A stretch of DNA of 64,000 bases from Geosiphon pyriformis uo1 (lineage: Eukaryota > Fungi > Glomeromycota), in NCBI GenBank assembly GCA_016748015.1, contig JAAOMT010000675.1, positions 620,001-684,000 of the forward strand, given 5' to 3'. The notes under the pieces were generated by a model that saw only the letters and a list, made by a program, of their open reading frames with translations, ran no database searches and had not been told where the DNA came from. The position numbers and the translations under genes were made by a program. Positions 52,520-64,000 of the stretch are shown one piece after another (the stretch's first letter is position 1; every line of letters begins with the position of its first letter).

Positions 52520-53932
52520 TACTCATTGATCTGAATTTTTGTATTCCTCTAACTGTAATCTTTAATTTTTTTTTGTTTTCCACTAATATTAATTGAGCTA
52601 TTTTAATCAGAGGCAGAAATATTGCTTGTGCTATTTTTTTATTTAGCTCTATAATATAGGCCTTTTTTGAATTATTTTGTAGCATAATAATAATATTTCT
52701 TACATACTCCGCATTAATTATTTTTCCTCTAATATTGATTCCTTTTTTCATTAAACTACTTCTGGATGCTGTTACCAGAGGTTTTTGGTTTCTTTTCTTG
52801 AATGTTGTTAATGTTAATTTTGTTGTAAATTTACATTTCCAGAAAGTAGTTGAACCTCCAGTAACTGAATTTTTATCTTCAAATTATTTCCTATAATTTG
52901 AACTGCTGGGCTTATAAGTGGAATGACCAATTTCTTGCCAGTTACTTTATGTAGTTACGTTGTAGTAAACATCAACTCTTTCCCAAGAATTGCTCGTTTG
53001 GAAGCTCACTAAAAATATGTGTAGTTACTTTGCTGTGAAAGTCAACTCTTCTACAGGAATCTCGTCTGTAGGCTACTCTAATGATTGCAATAAGAAAAGA
53101 AAAATAAAAATAAAAGAAATGTAAAAGAAATCGGATTTTATCAAGAGAAATGTTTTTGATCCAGGCCTGGAGTCACTAACAGTTTACTGAAATTGGTAGC
53201 TAATCAATTTCAAAACGTTAGTTGAGTTTTGGGGATTTTCCAAGTGTAATAATTAAAGAATTTGGTTTTTTGAATTATTTGATATTTATTTCTTTTGTGT
53301 GTATAGGAATGGTTTTAAGTGATAAATCTAAAGTAAGATATATTTTCTCGAAGAGAGAAGCTCTTCTTTTATACAACTTGTCGTAACACTATTCTATGAA
53401 CTTGAACTTTGCTATTTTCTACAATTTCGCTGAACTAAAGATACATTTCGGCAAACTACAAGTTATTTCTGCAAACTATTAGATATTTTGGTAAACTATC
53501 AATTATTTCAGCGAATTTCTACAAATTTTGGCAAACTTTTGAATATTACATAGTTCGGGGTATTACATGATTTGATCATTGTAATTAGGTTACATTTGTG
53601 TTGTGTACAAATTGGATTATTAATTAAATGATAATTTTGGACATTTTGCTAATGTAATAAGTGATAATTTAAAACGATAATATGCTAATTAATAATAGGA
53701 TTTATAAGATAATTTCATGCTAAATAATATCTCTAATTTCATCTGGTGACAATGCTAACTGAACTATTGTTGTTGCTAGAATTTCTATAGCTACTTTTAG
53801 ATCAATGCATATGTATAAATGTGGTTTTAATTTGATGGCATCTTTTTCTGGATACTTCAGATCAAACTCTGCATCAGTATTATGCACATGTTCTGGCATA
53901 ATATCTTCATTATTATTACTAAACCATTTCAA
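52520..53932 (-). pseudogene. dUTPase domain of G1 pol, split by a solo LTR
   Basis: HNTDAEFDL (motif 1); QLA|SRSSL (motif 2, rejoined across the insertion); GKIINAEYVRNI (motif 3); KIAQAIF (motif 4); RGIQKFRS (motif 5). Confidence 0.9.
52770..53751 (-). mobile_element. Solo LTR, family A; youngest copy (retains CpG)
   Basis: TGTCACCAGA...TCTGGTAACA inverted termini; perfect TSD ATGC (52766-52769 / 53752-53755). Confidence 0.95.
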
Positions 53933-56900
53933 TTTCTGCTCCTTGATAAGATCAGAGAATGTAATATATTGTTTGGGGTTTGAATTGGAGTTTGAATTAT
54001 TGTTGTTTTCATTGTCATTTTAAATAGAACTGGAACTGTTGTTTTCATCATTGTCATTGTCAGAGTTTGAATTGGGATTGAAAATTGATTCCAATTCTAA
54101 TGTGCAGCTGCTGATTGGTTTTTTCTCTTCTGGGATTGTGTAGATTATATATGGTGGTAGATTGTAAATGAGATCACACTTATTACAATATTGAAAGTCA
54201 TATGAGATCAAACAGTAGTCGCATAATTGGGTATTTATTTCTTCCAACTGTTGTTCTTGTTCTTTTCAAGTGGGTGCTAATTCTTGATAGTGCTTGTGGA
54301 ATTGTTCTGGGTCCATAAGCTCTAGGATAATATCTGAGTTTGGGTCTCAGTCAAGTTTTATGGGTTCTGGTGGGTTGTTTTTGATTATTCTTATTTCTTC
54401 TGGTAATGCTCCTTCAATTTTGGCAAGTGTCATTCACCAAATTTTGTTATCATTATGTGGACAACCATCCAAATGTTTTATTGCTCTTCTTCAGGTGGCT
54501 TTTATAAGAGTTTTTTTTCTTACCCAGTTACTAATTAGAATTGTGTATTGACATGATTTGTCACAGATTCCTTCTTGTCCAGAAATATTGTTTCATATTC
54601 CTTCATCTAATAGTGTTTTTCCACAAGTGAAACAAAGTTCATTGTCCTATTTTTCTTGCCTCTTTGGTCTTCTAAAGTGTTCTAAGACACATAGATGGCA
54701 GTAGAATTTGGTTGCCATAGAGTATTCTTTATTATCATCACAGCATGCACTTATTAATGACAATTTTTTGCCACAATTGATACATACTAGTTTTGGTTGA
54801 CAATAGTTAAATAGTAGTGGTAGAGTATAGGTGTATGAAATATAAGTGGCAGTAATAGTTGGTGTTGGCTCTTTTTCCTTCTCTTTTTCCTTTTCTTTGT
54901 TATTTCCTTCCCACTTCCAAGTTGGCATTAGCTCAGTACTATCATCGTCAATTTACCATGTTTGGTCAATATTTTTGGTAAGTTCCTCTTTTTTTTTCCC
55001 TTTTCCATTGTTGTTCCAGAATAGTATTAATGGTAGTTTGTTGTGATTGGTGTCAACTCATGAGACTTGGTAGGCTTTCCAAATAGGTTTTTCTTTTTTT
55101 TTTCAAGTTCTATTAGTGGTGTGATTGTCATGTTTATTTAAAAATGTCTGCATGTGGCTGGTACATGTGTGTGCTGACCATTTATACTGAATTGGAGCTC
55201 TTACATGGTCTAATTAAGCATGGCATTGGTTTTGGACAACCAATTATTGCCAACTAGTACTTGGTATTACATCATTTCCATTATTAAGACTTTAATAGGA
55301 GTGATGATACTGTTGATTTTGATGGGTAAGTTATTTATTTTACCAATTGGGGTCTTGATGGCTCTATCAGCTGTAATTATCCTTATGCTGGCAGTTCGAT
55401 CAATTTGACAACCTAATTGGTTTATGAGTTGTTATGTAATAATGTTGCCTATTAAACCACTATTTAGGATCAGTTTTATGGCTTGACCATTGATTTTAGC
55501 ATTAGTGTACATGATAGTAATAGGTTTTTCTTTGAGTACAGCTCTACTGAACAATAGTGTTTGTGATGGTTCCTCGAATTCAAATGAGAAAATTACTGCT
55601 AGCAATTCATTATTGGTTATGGTGGCTGAAAGTATATTGCTGATAAGTAATTTGTTTTGGTTGAGTTCCCAGTTGTTGGATAAAATGTTTTCTGGAATAA
55701 CCAGGAGACTTAAATAGTATTGGAAATTTGGGTTTTGGACATATTTAGTTTCCAAATTCTAAAAGCATGTTCTTGATTGTTGGGTGAAAGAATTGGGAAT
55801 CAGTTGATAGACAACCATTGCCAATCTCTAGTTTTGTTCTGTCATTCTTAGCCTTTGTATTCCAGTTTGAGATAAGTTTTGTGGCAGTGTTTGAATTGTT
55901 TGGGGCTGATATATTACTTGTGGCTACAGCTAATAAATGATAGGATTTGTTGGCTAATAAATTAGAGCTTGATATACTGGTGGTTGATAAATTGGCTGTT
56001 GTATTATTTAGGTATAATGAGATGAGTATTGATCCTGATTTGGATATTGATTTGAAAGTTGAAACCTGCAATTGGGGTTTTGATATTGATTTTCCAATCA
56101 TGAATTCTTATTATAAGAACAGCAGTCAATTTTCAAATGGTCTTGTTTATCACAATTGTGGTAGACACGCATCTCTTGCTGTTATGACTGATTGGATAAT
56201 GATAAAGAACATGTCTAATTTTAGGAGTAATTCATGTTTCCAGAATTATTATGTTGTTGAAGTGGCTAATAAATTGCGTGATTGTTAGCTAAGTATCCTT
56301 CTAATTTCTGATTAATTGAATTATTGAGTTGTTTCAATTTGGAATTTAGTTTAGATGATCTATTTATCACTAGATTGACAGCTTGAATGTGGTTAGCTTC
56401 AAGTTCTGTAAATTAAAAATCCCATGCATTGATAACTGCATCTTGGAGAGTTTGTAAATACATTGAACATACACATTAGAGGATGCTACTGCACAGTCCA
56501 TAGATGAACTGGTTTAGAATCTGTGGTGCTGTAAAATAATTCACATTAATTGCTTGTATTTGGTGCAAATTCCTATGGAAGTGTCCTAAATAAGTAGTGA
56601 CTGCTTCAGTTTTTCTTTGTTTGATGGTAGTAAAGGTATTGGCTAAGTAATTAATACTGTTATTGTTGCTAAAATATCTCAAGAACTTAAGCTTAAATGT
56701 ATTGAAGTCTTGAGGTTTGTTGACCAAGCTCTAATACCAAGAGTTGGCAGTATTTTGGAGGAAGTATAGAATGGCTTGCATGGCTCATGTATCATTTTAT
56801 CTATTGGCTGTAATGGCTTTTTCCACATTGTTCAACCATACTTAGATGTCATCTTTTTTGTCTGTAAATTTTTTGAGTTTTACTATTGGGGCATAGGCCA

Positions 56901-57832
56901 TTGAATCCAAGTTTGGTTGTTGTAGTTATTGAAGAAATAATTGCTGAGGTGGTATTAGCAGCTGTTGAAGTTGTTTAGCAATTAAATTAATTGGTTGCTG
57001 ATTGATAACAATTTCTGGAGGTAAGTTTTGTTGATTAATTAACTTGGGATTTGGATTGTTCTGAGTTTGCTGGGTTTGAATATTTGGAGTTTCAACTTCC
57101 AAATTTTCTGCAATCAGATTTTGGTAATTAAATTCTTGATCTTCTTCTTTCTCTTCTTTTGATGCCATTATTTCCCAAAGACTTGTGGTTCTGAAATCTA
57201 GTTGAGGTGGTGGTGATCAGAATTTTGATGATGTTGGCAATTGTGATTTGAATCTTTCAAAATAATTGCTGTACATTTCCAATAATTCTGTTTTCTTTTG
57301 TTTACTTTGAAATAGAAGTCATCCAAATGTTAATGTCATGTTTGATATGGATGCACCTGCTGATGCAATATTGTATGATGGATATAGTAGAGATTCAATT
57401 TTTTGTTTCTTTCATATTGGTAATTGTATTCCTTTTGGAGTTACTGTTAATGTTTGTAACTTTTTTTTTCTCTTATCTGCATAGGTAATGGGAAATTGTT
57501 GTTAAGTGTATCTTTCAATTTTTTGATTAATATCTCTAATAATTGATGCAAAACTATAATTTCATGGTAAGCTGGTATATTAGATTAATTCTGTATAGAA
57601 ATATTCTCTTGTTAATTCAATGTTAACTGGTCTTCCCAGAAAATCTGTAATTTTTTCATTGATGTAAAAGTTGAAGGCTAATTCTGCTGGATAATGGTTG
57701 TTGATTAAGCCCAATTGTTGGCTGTACTGTTGAAATAAGGATTTAGCAAATCCTAAATAGTTTGTTCCTATTATTTCTAATTCTGCCACTTTTGGATGAT
57801 TGTTGTTGGTGCTGATTCTCTGTAAAATTATA

Positions 57833-57849
57833 CCTTACAGAAAGCACCA
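57833..57849 (-). promoter_or_regulatory. Primer binding site of G1 (TGGTGCTTTCTGTAAGG); same PBS type at 45613 and 63456
   Basis: Lies 2 nt inside the LTR end; begins TGG (complement of tRNA CCA). Confidence 0.85.
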
Positions 57850-58146
57850 AATGTTATAGGTAATTATTTGAGGTCTCAAAGCAAATAACAAACCCATAAC
57901 TTGGTGCTCAATTAATATACTAATGTTGGTTTTTGGTAATTTTGGTTATCTAAAGATTTGGTTGAGTTCTTTGTATAATAGACAGAGATTTAACTAATAG
58001 TTTTATTCATAGCTTCCTAAAACCACAGTTTTGTCAATTTCTTTTTTAGCATAATGGCTGGTAATTTTCCTGGTAAGATATCCTTAATTCCAAATGTCTA
58101 CTTTTATTCCTGAGTTTTTTACCAGTGCTATATCCTGATGTCAGTA

Positions 58147-61100
58147 TACAATAATGTTCTCAACAAACTCTATTACTATCTTCATAATGCTGAAATAATT
58201 TTTGATTTAGCAATGACTTTAATCAATGAAGTTACACAAAAAGATGTTTACTAAATAAAAAAAGCTGAGTACATTAAATACACAATGGAATTAGCTAAAT
58301 TCAACTATGAAAATGAAGTAAAAACATACCACCAAATTGCAAGCCATACTTACCCAACCCAAAAAGCTTAAATTCAACAATTAAAGCAAATAAACATTCA
58401 ATTGTGTAAAGAATACATCATGCCTTATGATAATAAATGGTGTTCAGAATACTATGCCCTTAGCATTCTCTTACTCAGCAAAGATGACCAGAAGAAAATT
58501 GAATTTGGAGAACCTAAGCCAGAAGAAAAAATTGCAACAACTCCAATTTATCTTACTGAAAATCAACCAGTTCTACAACTCAAATATTTCAACAACAATG
58601 ATCAAGAAATCAAGCCAGAAAAAGCACACAATATAAATGCTGAATATGATCTATAATACCCAGAAAAAATACTTGGGTTCTCTAACCAAAATCAATCTCA
58701 GAATTGCTTTTGAAATTCCACCAGAAGCAATGGTTTAAATTGCTTCCAGATCATTATTGGCAAGCAAAGAAATCAATGTTAGAGAAGAATTTATAGATAC
58801 AGAATATACTGGAAACATTACTATCATGCTACAAAATGAAACTGAAAAACCATTTAGAATAAAGCATGCTGAAAAAATTGCTCAAGCAATTTACTTACTT
58901 TTAATCAACATTTCAAAATTACAATTAATTAGTGACAGAGAACAATTAGGCAAAAGTGAAAGAGAAATACAAAGTTTTGGTTCAACTAGACGATTTACAG
59001 TTTTAGTAAACATAGTTTTCAATACACAGAATAAATCTTACCAGATTCTACAACTTCCTCAACCAATTACCATTTCACCTTTTAAAAAATATCACGAAAT
59101 TTACACTTGCTCAAAACCTACTACTACTCAACAAATCTGTTTAAAACATGAAATTTCAATCCCAAATATTTATATTTCCAAAAAAATAAAGAAATTTTGA
59201 GTTATATTCTACAACTCCAACAATTACTCTATTGTTTTATTAAATAAATTAGAAATTAGAATCATACATAGCAACATCTTCTAAGATAAAAATCCTTAAA
59301 TTGTCTCTAATTTTATTGAAATTGTAAGACATACTCTACTTTTCAACCCAAATATTACTTTGACTATTAAAAACTACCATGTTTTAGAAGAAAAACTCTC
59401 TCAAATTAACATAGGTCTCTTAGAACTTCAACAACAAAGATAATTGAAACAGTTGATAGCTGAATTTGCTGATATATTTGCAAAAAATAACAATGATTTT
59501 GGAAAAATTGATATTGTCCAACATTAGATCTACATAGAAGATGCTCTATCAAAATGTCAACAAGCTTACTGAGTTCTATCTGCTAGCCATCAATTTATTA
59601 GAAAAGAAGTCCAATGAATGCTTAATAATAAATTGATTCAACCATCAAGAAATCCATAGGCCTTACCAGTAGTTTTTATCAAAAAAAAAAGAAAAAATCA
59701 GATTTTGTGTTAATTATTGACAATTAAATAGTGTTACAATTGGAGATACTTACTCTCTTCCAAGAATTGATGATATGCTAGATGTTTTAGGAAAAACCAA
59801 GTTCTTCTCAACTTTAGACTTGGAAAGTGGATACTGAAAAGTCGAAATAGACCCAAAAGATCAGCTCAAAACAGCATTTATCACTTAAGAAAAAAACTAT
59901 GAATTCAATATTATGCTTTTTGAACTCTGTAATACATCAACAACATTCCAGCAACTTATGAATGTTGTTTATAAAAGATTCTTATGACAATCAGTAATTG
60001 TCTATTTTAATAATATTGATATGTACTCACCAAGTTTTAAAGCTTATCTGATTTACCTGTAAGAAGTTTTCAATAATTACAGAAAACAGGATTGAAATTA
60101 AACATTGAAAAGTATTACTTTGAAAAAACAAGTTTAATTTTTTTTGAACACATTGTTAGCAAAGATGGAATCAAACCAAATTCTGGAACAATCAGTGCTG
60201 TTAAAAACTTTTAAACTCCCAAAAATACTACAGAGCTATAAAGATTTATAGAATTAACCTCCTATTATTGGAAATTTATAAAAGGATTCTCAGAAATTGC
60301 CAAACCACTCAATTATCTTACCAACAAAAATGTGTTATATCAATGGACAAAAGAACAACAAAAAGTCTTTGAAATCTTCAAAACAAAATTGACAATAGTT
60401 TTAGTTCTTGCTTATCCAAATTTTAACAAACAGTTCCAACTGGCCATTGATGTTTTACACACAGTATTTAGTGTCATCCTATCATAATTGAATGAAAATG
60501 GCCAAGAACAAAATATTGCCTATGCCAGTAGAACACTCAAACCAACAAAACTCAAGTATGGTTCAACTGAATTAGAAGCTGTCATAGTCATTTGGGCTCT
60601 TAAACACTTTAACAATACCTGAAAAATAGAAAAGAATTTGATATTATAACTGACAATATTGGCCTCAAATAGCTCAATAAAAAGAAAACTAAACAAAGTG
60701 TTAAACAGTCTTAATAGAATAATTTTCTAGCAAACTACAAGTATATTGTATATTACAAACCAGAAAAACTACACACCAATATTGATAGTCTTTCAAGAAT
60801 AAGACAAGATTAATACCAATAGCAATTTTACCACAACTTACCAATTTAGCAACACAAACAACCAAACAACAATAGATTTCAGAAATAACCAAACAACAAT
60901 AGATCCCAGAAATTACAACAACCTTAAAAACTATTTGAAGACTCTTATTATGCCAGAAAATTGGTCTTCAAGTAAAAAATATCGATTATAACACAAATCA
61001 AAACAATATTTTATACACCACAACAAAATTTATTATAAAAATTGCAGAAATTCAAACCAATTATTCAGATTAGTACAAGAAAATAAAAAAGAAACAATTC

Positions 61101-62586
61101 TATACAACATATACACAAATCTTTTTTTAGCATACTTGGAAAGAAATAAAACAATTCAAAGAATTTTTGAACATTATTTTTGGCCCTACATGCAAAAAAA
61201 CATTCGACAATATGTAGAATTTTGTGATAGTTGTTAAAGAAGAAGAGAAACTTGCCCCACAGAATCTCTAAATTCAATCAAAGTTGGACAACCTTTTGAC
61301 AAAATTGAAATTAATTTAGTCAAACCATTACCTATCACAACTTAAAGAAATCATTATATTGCAATTGCAGTAAATTATCTTACCAAATGGCTTAAAGCTA
61401 GAGTTATTTAAAGAGCAGATACAAAATCAATAGCAAATTTTATTTATGAAGACATTATTTGTAGACATAGATGTCCAATTGAACTTTTATCTAATCAAAG
61501 AACACATTTTGTAAACAACTTAATACAAAAAATTTGTAAACAATTCAATGTTAAAAAACTTTTATCATCATCATATTACTTCCAAACAAATAGACTTGTA
61601 GAATATTTCAACAGGACGTTATGTAAATTTTTAGCCAAAGTCTCAACTGATTTTGAGCAGGAATAAAATATATTTATTCCATTAGTGTTACTATTCTATA
61701 AAACACTAAAACAAGATACTATAAAACACACATTATTTAATTTTACTTATGAAAGGACAGCAATATTACCAATTAATTTTATAGTAGAAACATATTCAGT
61801 GCAACCAATTAATGAAGAAAACTTTCAAGAAATACTCCAAAAAAGAGCTTATACTCTTCTTAGTATACTGAAAAAAAAAAGACAAATAGCAGTCATTCAT
61901 ATTGAACACTTTCAAACTTAACAAAAAAAAGGCATAATAATAAACTACCACTAATTACCAATAAATTTAAAGTTAGAAATAAAGTTCTCTTATACAAAAC
62001 TAAGACTGAAAAACAATAGAGTGAGAAATTTGAACATAAATAGGATAGACCATTTTATATCTACGAAATTCTAAGCAATGGATCATATAAGTTAAGACTT
62101 AATGACAAAGTACTAATAAAAGTTGCACATAGAAATCAATTAAAATACTTAAAAACAAATAAAACCCTATATCCAAAAATAATTTCTTTGTTTTTTTTCA
62201 AGATTTTGTTTATTAGTTAGTTATTTTTATTATGATTATTTCTCAAAATATTTAACAAATATCCCAAAAATTAATGTTAGTCTTGAAAACATTTCCTGAC
62301 CTATCTATAACAATTAATAAAAGTTAAATTAATTACACTCAAAAAAAAACCACAATACCAGTAGAAAATTATTCTTAGAATTATCACTCTTATAGAAAAA
62401 AAACAAGAAGTTATTCTGAAATTCAGTTATCAAAACTGTTAAAGCAAGCACTAAAAGAAAACCTTTTATTTGCCCTTATTGATATTCTACCAAATGCCAC
62501 AATCTAACAAAAACTTCTACTATTTTTCAATGAACAGAACAATAATTATACCCTTATCTATAGATATTTTCATATTAAAAGAACAC
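58147..62586 (+). mobile_element. Gypsy pol remnant, probably the 3' part of G2: Cys-motif spacer, dUTPase (~58580-58990), RT, RNase H, integrase, ORF3
   Basis: KAHNINAEYDL, IASRSLLA, IDTEYTGNI, KIAQAI, REIQSFGST; FSTLDLESGY; integrase HHCC/DDE relics. Junction at 58146/7 looks like a deletion. Confidence 0.88.
62232..62586 (+). pseudogene. ORF3 of the + strand Gypsy, truncated by the G3 insertion
   Basis: MIISQNI*QISQKLMLVLKTFPDLSITINKS*INY...LIYRYFHIKR; aligns with the G1 ORF3 N-terminus. Confidence 0.62.
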
Positions 62587-64000
62587 TATTACTTATAGAA
62601 TATAGGAAGTATATTAGCATATAAATTAGCCAATTAGAAGTAGCCATAATAAATGTGGAATTCCAGGGTTCCTCTCAAAGAAATTACAGAATTTTAGAAA
62701 TTTCAGAATTCTTATACAAGGAATCACAAAATTCCAGAATTCCAGGATTTCTCTCAAAGAAATTACAGGATTTCAAAAATTTCAGAATTCCTGGTGTGAA
62801 GAATTAAGGAATTGAGGAATCTCAATTATGTATATATATTAGCATTAGAAGTAAAAAAGACAAATCTCTTAGTTTAGATTTGATCTAAGCAAACTTCTAT
62901 TCACAAATATCAATAAATAATTATTTACTATCTCAATTTACTCTCTACTATCAACATTTCATGTTGATAAAAATTGATACTTAATCACTTTAGAACAATA
63001 GCTCTTGATCATGGCTATTGATAAAATACTAATATTTATTATCTTGGCTTATTTTTTTATTTTTTATTTTTTATTTCCTTTCATTTTTCTTTTGTTATTT
63101 CTTTTTGTGTTACTAATTGATTAAAAAGAAAAGCACTGAATTATTGATGTCAAGAATAACCTGGTAAAAGATCTTAAAGGAAGAATATAACATTGAAAAT
63201 TTAAGAATAGCTTACTAGAAGGACATTTCTGCCAGATTACCGGCCACCATACTGAGAAAAAAATTCGATGGAATTGCAATTCTGGGAGACTACTGAGAAG
63301 ACAACAATTGAATTTCTGTCTATTATACAAAAGACTTAACCAAAACCTTCAGACAAATAACACCTTCAGATTACCATCATCACAAATAGCTTTTAAGCAC
63401 CAAGTTATGGGTTTTGTTATTTGATTTAAGACCCCAAATAATTATCTGTAATATTTGGTGCTCTCTGTGAAATATAATCTTACAGAAAACCAGCACCAAC
63501 AACTATCATCCAAAAGTGGCAGAATCAGAAATCATAGGAGCAAACCATTTAGAATTTGCCAAATCTTTGTTTCAACAGTACAGCCAACAATTAGGATTAA
63601 ACAATAACTATTTCCCAGCAAAATCAGTCTTTAACTTTTATGTCAATAATAAAATCACAGACTGCTTAGGAAGAACAGTTAACATTGAATCTACAAGAAA
63701 AAATTTCTATACAGAATTGTTTCAACATACCAACTTACCAAAAAACTACAGTTTTATACCAATCATCAAGGAAATCAATTAAATTATTAAAAAGTACACC
63801 CAACAACAATTCTCTATTACTTATGCAGATAAAGGCAAAGAAAGATTGCAAACACCAGTGATAATACCCAAAAAGATACAACCACTCACTTAAAAGAAAA
63901 CCTGAGTTGAATTACCAACCAATCTATCATATCATTATACATCAGAAAGTACCATTAATATCTTTTTAGCAGATGTGTCCACATCAAATACGACATCAAT
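62587..64000 (+). mobile_element. Gypsy G3 (G1 family): 5' LTR-B 62587-63453, PBS 63456-63471, start of gag; runs off the window
   Basis: ORF 63516-63782 (AESEIIGANHLEFAKSLFQQYSQQLGL) is nearly identical to G1 57789-57580. Confidence 0.92.

Larger units (their letters stand above)
47746..58146 (-). mobile_element. Gypsy G1, near full-length: truncated 5' LTR-B (57852-58146), PBS, gag, protease, Cys-rich spacer, dUTPase, RT, RNase H, integrase, ORF3, PPT (48574-48588), 3' LTR-B (47746-48573)
   Basis: Gag FKLKFLRYF...IKQRKTEAVTTY; knuckle YHNCDKQDHLKIDC; LILNSG; SPWSLPVVLV..K..CVDY, VYLND; PR-RT-RH-IN order; matching LTRs. Confidence 0.93.

Noticed and set aside
55740-55770. Programmed -1 gag-pol frameshift at TGGAAAC
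   Set aside because: Heptamer is imperfect and the copy too decayed to separate a programmed shift from an indel.
11665-56288. Many short + and - ORFs in the track overlapping LINE or Gypsy coding regions (e.g. 31912-32292, 35419-35748, 55947-56288)
   Set aside because: Antisense or off-frame shadows of TE ORFs with no independent motifs.
9250-64000. Alternative genetic code or stop read-through to explain in-frame TAA/TAG/TGA
   Set aside because: Host genes terminate with TAA, TGA and TAG, and the stops differ between TE copies, consistent with mutation.

Overview
Eukaryotic (fungal) genomic DNA with two sharply different halves. Positions 1-~9240 are a compact, intron-rich gene island that retains CpG. 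It holds four genes I could splice by hand: a GT15/KRE2-family alpha-1,2-mannosyltransferase (+), a derlin (-), prefoldin subunit 4 (+) and a TPS1-like trehalose-6-P synthase fused to an apparently intact HAD phosphatase domain (-). Positions ~9250-64000 are a nested transposon graveyard with no host genes. It contains four RNase H-bearing LINE copies plus a 97-bp LINE tip, several Ty3/Gypsy elements (two encoding dUTPase), solo LTRs of at least three families with 4-bp TSDs, a hAT relic and a 114-bp tandem repeat, all eroded almost exclusively by C>T/G>A transitions. Gene style, a U12 intron and the TE repertoire suggest Glomeromycotina/Mucoromycota (Geosiphon-like); this is inference only. 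Most notable: (1) a homologous, unannotated third ORF between integrase and the PPT in two and probably three different Gypsy families; (2) a U12-type derlin intron that can fold almost entirely into two long hairpins, one arm of which can alternatively pair with the U12 donor; (3) a conserved 3'-UTR hairpin shared by the LINE copies. All alignments, translations and folds were done by eye; no searches were run.
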